Part shown: piece by piece, positions 8,815 through 18,218 of the stretch
Layout: each line of letters begins with the position of its first letter
Numbering within the stretch: the first letter of the stretch is position 1
From: a virus
Lineage: Duplodnaviria; Heunggongvirae; Uroviricota; Caudoviricetes
DNA length: 42,322 nucleotides
Virus record (IMG/VR): IMGVR_UViG_2541047730_000004
Strand: one strand, 5' to 3'
Position numbers and translations under genes: made by a program
The notes under the pieces: model-generated
Told to the model about the DNA's origin: nothing
The model's input: the letters and a program-made list of their open reading frames with translations, nothing else
Databases searched by the model: none

Positions 8815-9039
8815 ATGAGTTTACATGAGGGGGGAAGCATGGAACTGAACATCATCACATTAATGAAAGCGCTTATTGGCGGTGCAGGAAGTGGCTTTGC
8901 TCTTTCTGGCGGGCTGTCTATGATCATACCTACTTTCACAGTGACGACTGGCGTTGCCTACCTTTTTGCCATTACTGGCGGTCTGGCTATGGCAGGTACT
9001 TACATTTTAAAAAAAATGAGTTCCGGTAGTGCAGACTGA
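8815..9039 (+). CDS. Small glycine-zipper membrane protein (cargo; toxin/holin-like or bacteriocin-like)
   Basis: 74 aa, Gly/Ala-rich transmembrane segments (GGAGSGFALSGG, ITGGLAMAG). Lies in the segment bracketed by the inverted repeats. Alternative start at 8839. Confidence 0.45.
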   Translation: MSLHEGGSMELNIITLMKALIGGAGSGFALSGGLSMIIPTFTVTTGVAYLFAITGGLAMAGTYILKKMSSGSAD

Positions 9040-9376
9040 GATCGTACAAGAATCACATTGGTACAATCCACAGACCGCTCAGGAGCTGGCGATCTTTTAT
9101 TGTATCCTTTGCATTGTGTATATAGTAATCCACCTGATATGGGATTTTCTCTCAAAAGAGACTGGTAGGTTTTCTGTTGTTAACCTTCAGTACAAACTGA
9201 ATGAGGTATATTCATCAACCACATTCGCAACGAGTGGTTTTTTCCTCGTTATGTTATGCGACATGAATAACCCTCTTAGAACATCAGATGCGTTTATCAT
9301 ACCGCTTATCTTGGCAATGCTTACTGGATTCATGATATCAATATCCGCAATAGCGCCAAAAAAAGTTAACATTTAA
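9029..9376 (+). CDS. Small polytopic membrane protein (cargo; possible immunity/partner protein)
   Basis: 115 aa with about three hydrophobic helices; start overlaps the previous gene; intrinsic terminator directly downstream. Confidence 0.45.
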   Translation: MQTEIVQESHWYNPQTAQELAIFYCILCIVYIVIHLIWDFLSKETGRFSVVNLQYKLNEVYSSTTFATSGFFLVMLCDMNNPLRTSDAFIIPLILAMLTGFMISISAIAPKKVNI

Positions 9377-9398
9377 GCCCGCACTGCGGGCTTTTTTG
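9376..9398 (+). terminator. Rho-independent terminator
   Basis: GCCCGC-ACT-GCGGGC followed by TTTTTTG. Confidence 0.65.
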
Positions 9399-9433
9399 TG
9401 TCTGCGGATTCCCGCCCTGGCGGCGGTGGCATT

Positions 9434-9462
9434 CGTTAAAAACAAGGCCGCGAAAGCGGCCT
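9434..9462 (-). terminator. Rho-independent terminator downstream of ant
   Basis: GGCCGC-GAAA-GCGGCC hairpin followed on the minus strand by TTGTTTTTAAC; a perfect 12-bp palindrome GTGACATGTCAC (9463-9474) abuts it. Confidence 0.55.
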
Positions 9463-9488
9463 GTGACATGTCACGATAGTTCAGTTTT

Positions 9489-9746
9489 GCACATCCCTGT
9501 GCCGCCGTTCTGTCAGAAGAACCCTGCCTTGTCGTTGATGTACTCCGCGTGCGTCTGGATATCACGCAGGCATTTGCTCACACCAACGATGTAGCAGAAC
9601 ATGGTTGTCAGCTCCGCCGCCGCGCCCGATACATCATGCCCGTCTTCCTGTAACTGGTTCAGCAGATTCATCAGCAGTGAGTGCTCCGTCAGGCCGAGAA
9701 CACCAGACGGAGAATGAATCAGGCTGCGGTAGCCGGGCTTCAGCGG
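9489..9746. repeat. Right arm of ~255-bp inverted repeat (pairs with 8498..8752)
   Basis: See left arm; covers the 3' end of ant on the minus strand plus about 25 bp past its stop codon. Confidence 0.85.
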
Positions 9747-10451
9747 ATAACCATAACATTTTGTCTGTGTTTTAATTGCCTCACGAAGCGCATCTAACAT
9801 CTTGACTGCCACTTCATCATTCTCTGATGCAGATCCAGCAGGGAGATACTCCCCTTCAAGCGGAACCCGAGCAACAAGAGACAACGCTTCGGCGAATTGA
9901 TCTTCATCAATTTCTTTGTACGAACAGCCAAAATGAGATTTCAGTGACGACCACATGGTGATCATCGCCTTAGCCTGTTTTTCTTTTGGCAGAGACTGAC
10001 CGCGACTCATGACGAGTTGTTTAATGGCTTCCTGCTGTTCAGTGGTGATTTTACCCGGCAACGCCTTTTTAGCTTTGCGTGGGTTAACTACATGGCCTTT
10101 AGTCCAGTAATCGTAGAGCACATCGTCACACTCTTCCTGATACTGGATTACCTTGTCGCGGATTTCAGGGCGTACTTTGTTTGGACTGATGCTGTTCAAC
10201 CAAGCTGCCAATTTTCGTAAAGCCATACAAATCATGGCTTGCACCCCACCGGCAGAAGGTATGGTGATTTCCACCATACCCTTCGAGAAGCGTTGAGAAA
10301 TCTTCTTATGTTGAGATTTCCAGTCTAGCCCCATTCCCTCAACGATAGGTTTCATTGGGGTATACGGTTCACCGTTGTGATTGACAACATAAAGCTCTGC
10401 GCCGTGGAATGGCACGTTGATAGTAGATACCGCTGTTGCTATACTCGTCAT
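9513..10451 (-). CDS. Antirepressor (P22 Ant-like position and architecture)
   Basis: 312 aa directly downstream of an Arc-like RHH gene and divergent from a Mnt-like RHH gene (P22 immI layout); N-terminal domain differs from 8074..8730 but the C-terminal ~75 aa are shared. Confidence 0.65.
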   Translation of the reverse strand: MTSIATAVSTINVPFHGAELYVVNHNGEPYTPMKPIVEGMGLDWKSQHKKISQRFSKGMVEITIPSAGGVQAMICMALRKLAAWLNSISPNKVRPEIRDKVIQYQEECDDVLYDYWTKGHVVNPRKAKKALPGKITTEQQEAIKQLVMSRGQSLPKEKQAKAMITMWSSLKSHFGCSYKEIDEDQFAEALSLVARVPLEGEYLPAGSASENDEVAVKMLDALREAIKTQTKCYGYPLKPGYRSLIHSPSGVLGLTEHSLLMNLLNQLQEDGHDVSGAAAELTTMFCYIVGVSKCLRDIQTHAEYINDKAGFF

Positions 10452-10523
10452 GTCGTTAATTCCTATACGTAGTTTTACGATACTGAAGCCCTGACGGTCT
10501 GGCCACCGTTGGGCTTCGCTGTT

Positions 10524-10691
10524 TTATGCCACGCTATTCTTCTCACCAGTGAGTCCATACACTTTCCTCAGCTGATAGATAATCTCTGTATTGAACTTTC
10601 GGCATTCTTTTTCGCCATTTCTTTCAATAGCTAACTTCACATCGTCCGGAAAACGAACTCGTCGTTGACACATCTCTTTTGCTTTTTGCAT
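10524..10691 (-). CDS. Arc-like ribbon-helix-helix repressor
   Basis: MQKAKEMCQRRVRFPDDVKLAIERNGEKECRKFNTEIIYQLRKVY: beta-strand RVRFP followed by two helices, ~56 aa; AGGAGA RBS 6 nt before this ATG. The longer ORF to 10727 would run through the operator palindrome. Confidence 0.65.
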   Translation of the reverse strand: MQKAKEMCQRRVRFPDDVKLAIERNGEKECRKFNTEIIYQLRKVYGLTGEKNSVA

Positions 10692-10705
10692 TTCATATCT
10701 CCTTA

Positions 10706-10720
10706 GCCCCACGGTGGGGC
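10706..10720. promoter_or_regulatory. Operator palindrome GCCCCAC-G-GTGGGGC; first of three CAC(C/G)GTG elements
   Basis: Perfect 7-1-7 inverted repeat between divergent arc-like and mnt-like genes; related elements CACCGTG (10734-10740) and CACGGTG (10759-10765). Confidence 0.55.
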
Positions 10721-10811
10721 AAAACAATTGTCACACCGTGCGTCATTGATGTCAAGCACACGGTGAGGCATACTTCAATCATTGCAAGTAACTCAATATT
10801 TGGTGAAGAAC

Positions 10812-11243
10812 ATGAGCAGAGAAGATCCACAACTAAGGATCAGACTTCCCGTTGAAGTAAAAGAAAAAATAGAAATTTCTGCAAAAGCCAATAAGCGATC
10901 AATGAACGCTGAAATAGTACAACGTCTTGACACCAGCTTTCTGAAAGATATTCATGAAGATGACGTAATTTCTGCTTATGAAGCAAAAATTATTGCAAAC
11001 AATGCACGGCATGAAATATCAAATATTATTTTCAAAAGAACCTTTAATGAAATTAATAAGAAAATAACACTTGGACATACAAGTTTTTATATAAACCTTA
11101 ATGACCTTGAACTGGAATCACTTGCAGATAATGATTACCAGATCATCTTTGAAAAAACATTTAATAAGCTCAATGAACTAGGTTACATCATCTGTGAAAA
11201 CTCATGGGATGCAGATGGTTTTGGAATTGAAATACCTGAATAG
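10812..11243 (+). CDS. Mnt-like ribbon-helix-helix repressor with a long C-terminal extension
   Basis: PQLRIRLPVEVKEKIEISAKANKRSMNAEIVQRL is an Arc/Mnt-type RHH; divergent from arc-ant; the AT-rich C-terminal ~80 aa have no recognisable motif. Confidence 0.6.
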   Translation: MSREDPQLRIRLPVEVKEKIEISAKANKRSMNAEIVQRLDTSFLKDIHEDDVISAYEAKIIANNARHEISNIIFKRTFNEINKKITLGHTSFYINLNDLELESLADNDYQIIFEKTFNKLNELGYIICENSWDADGFGIEIPE

Positions 11244-11285
11244 GAAGAACAAAAGGCGTGTACATATTACACGTCTTTAATACAA

Positions 11286-11897
11286 TTGAAAAACGCCACA
11301 TTACTGATGTATGTTACAACAAGGAGCGATATTTTGAAAACCATATCTATATTAAAGGTTGCATTAGGCGTCGCTATTATTTTGACTCTCTCAATATTGT
11401 TTTATTTTTACCACAAAAAAAATGCTATTGCTCTTGATGGTCACGCGGCAAACTCATTTTTCTCAGAGTACATAGTGCCGCTATCAGGAAGCGGTATAAC
11501 AAATAAATATACTGACTATGACATCAAATATGGAATTGATGATGGGGAGACTATTGTATTACATGTAATCATTAAAAACCTAATGACAGTAAATAAAAAT
11601 ACAGACTTCAACGATAAAAATACAATACATCACAACAACAGCAAAACATTAATTTCTTATAGTAGCAACATCTATACGGATAAATACCTAAAATACATCT
11701 CAGAAGATACAATAAAAGCAACCAGCGAAAAGTTAAAAAACATATATTGTGCATCCGGCAGTTTTCACAAATTATCGCCGCAGGAGCGTTTATTCTACGA
11801 AGCAAGAAAACAACGTAAGTCAATAATATTACATTATTATGCTGATTCAGGGGAGTCACTCATATTTAATATTGGGGTTTCCCCTGAATCATGCTAA
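11286..11897 (+). CDS. AT-rich membrane-anchored protein at the P22 sieA-equivalent position (candidate superinfection-exclusion/defence cargo)
   Basis: Single N-terminal transmembrane helix (ILKVALGVAIILTLSILFYFY) then an Asn/Lys/Tyr-rich domain; strongly AT-rich; sits between the last internal-core gene and mnt, co-oriented with mnt. Start uncertain. Confidence 0.45.
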   Translation: MKNATLLMYVTTRSDILKTISILKVALGVAIILTLSILFYFYHKKNAIALDGHAANSFFSEYIVPLSGSGITNKYTDYDIKYGIDDGETIVLHVIIKNLMTVNKNTDFNDKNTIHHNNSKTLISYSSNIYTDKYLKYISEDTIKATSEKLKNIYCASGSFHKLSPQERLFYEARKQRKSIILHYYADSGESLIFNIGVSPESC

Positions 11898-11908
11898 AGG
11901 CGTTTAAC

Positions 11909-14900
11909 TCACCGCATCACCGGATCCACCTGGTTTATTAGTGGCGCAATCCAGAACAGGTTATTGCCTGGTATCAGAGTTCGGACATTATGCGCAATAC
12001 GATCACCGGCATCACCATTCAACACTCCTGCGGTCACATCAATGATGCTATCCGCAAGACCAAATGACGGTCCGAATAGAGATCCTACGAATCCACGACT
12101 GGCATACCTAGACTGTGTGCCAGTGCCAAATAAAGCCCCCAGCCCAACAGCACCACCAGTAGCCTTTTCAGCCATGTTGTTATATTCTATCAATGGCCCA
12201 AGAATACCGGATCTATCTATACCCTCAAGCACCAGCTTCTCTGGTGACCAGTCAACATTTTTCCCTTTCGATGCTTCTTTTAGCGCATAGACCAGTGAGC
12301 CAAGAGCAATCTGAAATGCAGTGCCATAATAAAATTGCGCAGTTCCTTCCTGTAACCCACCAAGTAGCGCACGGTTGTATGAAGCCGTTGTGAATGATTT
12401 AAACTGAAATATCGTTCGCCCCATTGGAGTACTCGCCCATAAAGGTGTGTCACCAATACCGGGGGTGATGATAGTGTTATTAACGTCTTTCAGAACCGCT
12501 GACTGGAATACTCCGGCAACGTACTGATCGTCCCATTTATCAAAGTTACCAATGTGCCATCCATCAATTACCTCACCATGTTTCTCGAACTCACTGCGAA
12601 TACGCGCAGCCATATTGTCGTTGATACCGAGTTTTGCCATGCGACGTGCAGAAAACGCACCGGACAAAATACCGTCTGACGTGAGCATTCCGTTCATGGA
12701 TTTGTTTATGTCATTAAATCGATCCATGAGTGTCAGCTTGCCGAAGGCATCAGTAATTCGCTCCATTCCTGCTTCGACTGCTGTTGTCCTGGAAGAACTG
12801 TCAACAAGATCACCAATTGCACGAGAACGTGAATGTAGTACAGCTTCCAATCCAATCCCCATCTTCAACATATCTTCTTTGCTGGCCTTAAATGCCGGTG
12901 ATTGGGATATCTGAGAAGCATAGCCTTTCATGGTGTTACGGAAACCATTAACCATAACCCCTCTGGCCAGATCTGGAATAGCTGATACTGTCATTCCACC
13001 GAGTTTGGTCGTGAAGTTCACATCCCGCAGAAAAGCGCCAGCACGAACAAAAAACGAAGACGGATCATCAGGCATCCCATATGTACCAACAAGACGATCG
13101 CGTAATGCTGTTATGTCTCTGAGATCATTTGCTCTTGATTTTGAAAGTCTGGACTGTTCTTTCCGTAATTCCTTTTCGTACTTTCGCATTAATGAATCGA
13201 GTTTACCCTGAGGAACAACTTCACCATTGCTCTCATAACGTGCTTTCAGATTTGCCACACTTTCGTCATATTTCGCCTTTATTTTTTCAGGCACTTCCCG
13301 TAACAGACTGTCATATTCGTCCTCAATTAATTGCAGACGCTCAGTCATAGTTCGTTTGCCAAATGTTCTCGTCAACTCAATTTCTGCTGCCGCTTCACGG
13401 ATATGACGTTGCAGCACGTAATTCACATCACTTTCAAGATAATCCCTGATAAGACTATCAGGAACATTTAATGTTCTTTCTTTCGTACTACCTGCGGCTT
13501 TTACAGAAAATACGCTGACAAAATCCTGTGGAACCTTAGCACCAGTAATTTTATTAATTACGATATCCGCTGCAATTTCAGCATCCTCAGGATCCAGTGT
13601 TTTATTTCCTCTCGACCACCAGTCAACCAAAATACGTCGAAATTTATCGCGTTCACTGATTATTTTTCCAACTTTATATATGCGTGGGAAATAGCTTGCC
13701 TGGCCTAATGCTTTCAGTTCTTCATCTGGCGGCAATAAACCAAGCTTTTGCATTTCAACTTTCACCCGATTTAATACAGTTCGCATCGCCTGCGCCGTTT
13801 CCTGAACAACAGGATTAGCATGCACATCACCGCTTCGCATAGCATTCCCAACCTGCTGACGAAATGAATCAAAACTCATGTCACCACCATCAGCTTTATA
13901 CTTTGCGTATGCCTGTTTATTTCCGACAACAACAGCAGCTTCTTCACGCTGCCATCCACGTGTACGGGTTTCTACAGCTACCGGTGTTTCAATCCCCCTT
14001 TCATTTCCTTTAAGGGTGAAATTATTTTCGGCTAACTCCAGCGTTGTTTTTCGCACCGTCTTGGACGGAGACTCCATTAACCTTGTCAAAGGAGTAAGAT
14101 AGCTCCCTGCTTTCCATGCAGCCTTTCCAACCCACCCACCGGAAACAGGGGTTAAATCATCCAGAGTCGCTGTATCAATTTTCATAGCACCAACACTACC
14201 ACCATCGGAAAGCGAAGCGGCAGCCCTGTCAGTCACTGATGTAATGCTCATATTATCAAGAGCATCAGCAACCTCACGTGTGGCTGCAGCCCGGACGGAT
14301 GGCGAAAGCGCAACACCAGCACTGGCAAACACGCCGCTCATCATCGCACCCGCTGCAACGTGAGCGGCACTTTCACCCCATGAGCGTGTTATTTGCTGAT
14401 TATTCAGTACAACCTCGCTTAATGCTGTACCGGCAGCACCAATCGCAATCTGTGAGCCAATACGCGCCAGTGCCCCTCCTTGAGCACCGGGAATAAACAT
14501 TGACGCAACAGTAACCGGATCCATTCCCGCAGCAATACTGGCAAGGGTTCCAACTACGCCAGCATCAGACAATAAACGTCTGTCTTCATTTTCATCATCT
14601 ATCTGCTGCTTAATCCACGCCGTTTCCTCTGGCGATCGGGAATCTGCAAATTTCGCCCCCCAGTATTCATAACCGTGCAACTCATTTTTATCAGCATATG
14701 GGTTATAACCCTCGACCGGTTCAAACTGTCTGGCTGGGCGGAAAAAACCAGACAGAATATTGTTCTGTCGCATTGCAGCCCCCCATACGGAAGGCTCAGG
14801 TGGCAATGGCTCAGGATTAGCCCCTTCCGGAAGGGCAACATCAAACCCAGTTTGTTCCGGCAAAACATTACCTGACGGGATCAGTCCGTTATTAAGATCT

Positions 14901-14923
14901 TCAGCTTGTGCATAAACTGGCAT
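11909..14923 (-). CDS. Internal virion (ejection/core) protein, T7 gp16-like position
   Basis: 1004 aa, last gene of the translationally coupled virion operon; start overlaps the upstream stop (TAATG). Confidence 0.6.
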   Translation of the reverse strand: MPVYAQAEDLNNGLIPSGNVLPEQTGFDVALPEGANPEPLPPEPSVWGAAMRQNNILSGFFRPARQFEPVEGYNPYADKNELHGYEYWGAKFADSRSPEETAWIKQQIDDENEDRRLLSDAGVVGTLASIAAGMDPVTVASMFIPGAQGGALARIGSQIAIGAAGTALSEVVLNNQQITRSWGESAAHVAAGAMMSGVFASAGVALSPSVRAAATREVADALDNMSITSVTDRAAASLSDGGSVGAMKIDTATLDDLTPVSGGWVGKAAWKAGSYLTPLTRLMESPSKTVRKTTLELAENNFTLKGNERGIETPVAVETRTRGWQREEAAVVVGNKQAYAKYKADGGDMSFDSFRQQVGNAMRSGDVHANPVVQETAQAMRTVLNRVKVEMQKLGLLPPDEELKALGQASYFPRIYKVGKIISERDKFRRILVDWWSRGNKTLDPEDAEIAADIVINKITGAKVPQDFVSVFSVKAAGSTKERTLNVPDSLIRDYLESDVNYVLQRHIREAAAEIELTRTFGKRTMTERLQLIEDEYDSLLREVPEKIKAKYDESVANLKARYESNGEVVPQGKLDSLMRKYEKELRKEQSRLSKSRANDLRDITALRDRLVGTYGMPDDPSSFFVRAGAFLRDVNFTTKLGGMTVSAIPDLARGVMVNGFRNTMKGYASQISQSPAFKASKEDMLKMGIGLEAVLHSRSRAIGDLVDSSSRTTAVEAGMERITDAFGKLTLMDRFNDINKSMNGMLTSDGILSGAFSARRMAKLGINDNMAARIRSEFEKHGEVIDGWHIGNFDKWDDQYVAGVFQSAVLKDVNNTIITPGIGDTPLWASTPMGRTIFQFKSFTTASYNRALLGGLQEGTAQFYYGTAFQIALGSLVYALKEASKGKNVDWSPEKLVLEGIDRSGILGPLIEYNNMAEKATGGAVGLGALFGTGTQSRYASRGFVGSLFGPSFGLADSIIDVTAGVLNGDAGDRIAHNVRTLIPGNNLFWIAPLINQVDPVMR

Positions 14924-17640
14924 TATTTAGATCCCCACGAAAAGTAATCTTTAAATTTGTCCATACGTTCGTTATGCAGGCGCTGATACTGCTCATCCAG
15001 AGCGCGATGCTTGTCTTTGAAGTTTCGTATAGCCTGTCCACGCATAATTTCTTCCTGCTCGTACTGCTCCCGTTCCTGCTGCATTTTCTTATAAGGTTCC
15101 CAATCTTCTAGTGATGGTTCCCAACGCATAGGACGCCCATGTTTGTTATAAAACGGCTGGACCCGATCGATGCCATTTTCATCCTTAGTTCTTACCATAA
15201 TGGCGTAATCACCATTACGGGGTGTTAACACGTCAGGGGTTATGAATAATTCTCCATTAATACGACTCTCAGGGGTTTTTGTCTCAACTACAGGAGCATT
15301 ACCTGACGTGATCCCAAGCAACGTCGGACTGGTTGTTATAATCTCTTTGCGCTCACCGTACATCAGCCGTTCTTTTTCAGCTTTCCACTGCGCCGCCTGC
15401 CAGCCTGACGGCCCATATTGATAAAGCGCCTCCGGTGCATATTTCATAAACTGCGCTTCTCCGTTAACCTCGCTGATACTCCAAGTGCGGGCTATCTGCT
15501 GGTTGGTCATTTGCTTCGCTACGTCAGCGTTACCACCAGCAACGCGGTAGTTAATGTCATACATCGTCTGATAGTCATTACGGAATCTAGCTGCTTCCGG
15601 CGTCTGGTCATCCGCAGACGGATCCCAACGGAACCACTGCGCCATATTGCTGACAGCAGAATTCATCGCCTTGCTGCGATCATTTTTGTACTCTTTTGAA
15701 CTCTGCGTTGATGCCAATTGAGCTTTAAGTGCATCGGTCTGGTTGTACGTAAGGTTCTGCGCCTGCTCGATAGCCGCATCAGCAGACATGCCAGAATCAG
15801 TTAGTTGCTTAACAGTCAGATAAAAACCCTGCATATCCTTCGGCATATTTCCAATAGATGCATTGTCTGTTTCATATAACCGACTAAACAGTTCCGCCGC
15901 ATTTTTAACCACTTCCTGATTGCTGGATCGGGATACTGCTGAAAGCTGCGTGATGACCTGCGAAGGCATTATGCCAGTCTGAGCCACAAGCCGAACAACC
16001 CCATCATGAGTGGAGACATCATTAATACGAAAGTTCTGCGCCATTTCTGTGTAATCAGCAGCTTTCTGCATTGACTTGTTGCTTGGGTCTAATTTTTCAC
16101 CTATTGTCAGCGCCTCATTGAATCTGCGTGAATCCCGTTGCGCCTGAATTGCTTCATTTGATCTCTGAAGCAATGCAGACAATTTTCCGTAAGCATCGAG
16201 TTTTAACGCATAGTGAGGATCGTTAACCTCAGGCTTCACTTTCTGCATTTCTTCTTGCTGCTGAGAAGGAGGCAAATACTGAATTGCCTGGAATATTCTC
16301 GCGTTATCAATCGCTATATCCAGTTGATTGATTATTTTATCTGCGTTTTTTCCATACCCCCTGATGATGGTCTCCTGAGCCGGTATATAATCTGGAACCT
16401 CACCGTTATATAGCTGGGCCATGGTGTTATTAATAGCTGGCTCAAGCTGTTCTAATATTAACTTCCTTTGCTTTTCTATCTGACTATTAGCAAGGTTATC
16501 TATTTGATAAATAGTCAGTGGATCCATTCCAGTTTTATTTTTTCTATATCGGGAAAGCCACCCTTGTGTTTCTGATGGAAGATTTCGGATAAATTCTTCT
16601 TCTGATATTTCACCTTTACGTGGATCACCGACTTTGGCGATCAGTTTATCCACGTTACCCATCCCCCAGTTATATGCTGCTCCGGTCAATATTTCTGAGC
16701 CGTACTTACCATACAGTTGATTTACATAGTCACTGGCAAGCATTTCATGCTGTTGTTCGTCCGTAGGGTTGTATTCAACGCCACGTTTGGCCGCCAGTTC
16801 TTTCCCTGTGCCCGGCATTAACTGGTATTTCCCCTGGGCCCTCTCTCCAGAAGATGTTTTCGGTCCTTCAAGAATACTACCATCAGGATTAAAATGACGA
16901 TCACCTGATTCAACAAGGCGTATGGCACGCATGTCCATGCCTCCAGAATCATTTTTCTGAAACTGACCATTTAACCATCCTTCCGGATTAGCAGCGGCAT
17001 AATTCTTCGCCCGCATTTCTGTGGCACTGCGATCATCACTTTCTATTTCTTCCAGAATGCGTTCTTGTGACCATCCCCTGGCTGCTCCATATCTGGCAAT
17101 GGCTACCATTCTGGAATTTCTGGCTAAAGTGGCAGTTTGCGGGTCATTCCAGGCATCCGCTTCATTTTGTATCCATAATTTTCTCGTTGCCTGATATTGC
17201 TCATCTTCATAGGCATTTGTCTGCCCTATCTCATGTCTGAGAACTCCAGTACTGAACTGAATTTTCTGTGTTCTGGCTTGTTGCAAAAACATATTTCTTG
17301 CTGCTTCATCAGTCAATGAAGCAGCTATTTCTTCCACATCCTGATCAAATCCAGATATGTACTCTTGCCCCTTACCAATCGCATTTTTGCCTTGTTGTGC
17401 ATAAAAACCGGTTTGAGGGTTATAAAGACGTTCATTGCTGCGCTGATTAAGCTGAAGGATGGCATCCTGAGACAATGCAACATTCGCTTTCTGCCTGGCT
17501 TCACCATATGCCACCGCATACTGATCTGCGACATTCGCCAGCACCTGACCTGCTTGAGGAACATCGAAGGTTTGAAAACCACCGGTTTGCACACCACGAC
17601 TTTGCACCTGGCGTCCGGATGTAGTAGGAACAACAGGCAT
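14923..17640 (-). CDS. Internal virion protein with lytic transglycosylase (SLT) domain
   Basis: Central segment AIRLVESGDRHFNPDGS...GKYQLMPGTGKEL...AYNWGMGNV matches the SLT catalytic-domain pattern (ES...Q.MP...Y.WG); 905 aa. Confidence 0.7.
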   Translation of the reverse strand: MPVVPTTSGRQVQSRGVQTGGFQTFDVPQAGQVLANVADQYAVAYGEARQKANVALSQDAILQLNQRSNERLYNPQTGFYAQQGKNAIGKGQEYISGFDQDVEEIAASLTDEAARNMFLQQARTQKIQFSTGVLRHEIGQTNAYEDEQYQATRKLWIQNEADAWNDPQTATLARNSRMVAIARYGAARGWSQERILEEIESDDRSATEMRAKNYAAANPEGWLNGQFQKNDSGGMDMRAIRLVESGDRHFNPDGSILEGPKTSSGERAQGKYQLMPGTGKELAAKRGVEYNPTDEQQHEMLASDYVNQLYGKYGSEILTGAAYNWGMGNVDKLIAKVGDPRKGEISEEEFIRNLPSETQGWLSRYRKNKTGMDPLTIYQIDNLANSQIEKQRKLILEQLEPAINNTMAQLYNGEVPDYIPAQETIIRGYGKNADKIINQLDIAIDNARIFQAIQYLPPSQQQEEMQKVKPEVNDPHYALKLDAYGKLSALLQRSNEAIQAQRDSRRFNEALTIGEKLDPSNKSMQKAADYTEMAQNFRINDVSTHDGVVRLVAQTGIMPSQVITQLSAVSRSSNQEVVKNAAELFSRLYETDNASIGNMPKDMQGFYLTVKQLTDSGMSADAAIEQAQNLTYNQTDALKAQLASTQSSKEYKNDRSKAMNSAVSNMAQWFRWDPSADDQTPEAARFRNDYQTMYDINYRVAGGNADVAKQMTNQQIARTWSISEVNGEAQFMKYAPEALYQYGPSGWQAAQWKAEKERLMYGERKEIITTSPTLLGITSGNAPVVETKTPESRINGELFITPDVLTPRNGDYAIMVRTKDENGIDRVQPFYNKHGRPMRWEPSLEDWEPYKKMQQEREQYEQEEIMRGQAIRNFKDKHRALDEQYQRLHNERMDKFKDYFSWGSK

Positions 17641-18218
17641 CAGTAACCTCCTATTTTGAATCGGGAGTCAGAATTCATAAAACCTGAGTTAGATAACATT
17701 GGCGTCCCACCACTAGATGTACTTCCTTTAGAGAACGGGCTCCACGTTCCGCCGCCCATCTGGTATGCACCGTATGCTTTTAGTGGTGCCGTTAACAAAG
17801 TGCTGGTCATCGATGATTTAGCAGCCGACTGAGCAGCAGCCCCCTGTGCCTGAGCATTCATTCCCTGAACCTGATACCCATATGCCTCACGCTGAGCATT
17901 ATTCACTGTCGTTAACGCATCAAGAGTGCCGAACTGAGCATTATCCGCAAAAACGTCAAGAGCTGTTCCGCTACTTAATTCCGCACCGGTAGCCCCCATA
18001 GTAGCCGCCGCAGTGCCTGAGCGTTGACGCATTTCACGACGACGCTGATCCGCTTCAATATTCCCACGATTGATTGAATCCTGTGCCTGAGCTTCAGCAA
18101 TTTCAGCATTCCGATCTGCTATGGCTGACTGGTATTTTGCCTGCTTGCTCTGGCTGTACATTGACGCTGCTGTGGATGCCACTGTGACGGCAACCAAAGC
18201 GATGGCTGGGTTACACAT
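17640..18218 (-). CDS. Internal virion protein (T7 gp14-like)
   Basis: N-terminus MCNPAIALVAVTVAS and Ala/Gln-rich composition resemble T7 gp14 as recalled; position after the tail-tube genes. Confidence 0.5.
   Translation of the reverse strand: MCNPAIALVAVTVASTAASMYSQSKQAKYQSAIADRNAEIAEAQAQDSINRGNIEADQRRREMRQRSGTAAATMGATGAELSSGTALDVFADNAQFGTLDALTTVNNAQREAYGYQVQGMNAQAQGAAAQSAAKSSMTSTLLTAPLKAYGAYQMGGGTWSPFSKGSTSSGGTPMLSNSGFMNSDSRFKIGGY

Noticed and set aside
9463-9474. Perfect 12-bp palindrome GTGACATGTCAC as a regulatory site
   Set aside because: It is a single occurrence abutting a terminator hairpin; it may simply extend that structure, and there is no second copy to support an operator call.
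8498-9746. Site-specific invertible segment (Gin/Cin/Hin-type)
   Set aside because: No serine invertase gene is adjacent, and the inverted repeats are long coding duplications rather than short crossover sites; any inversion would be by homologous recombination.
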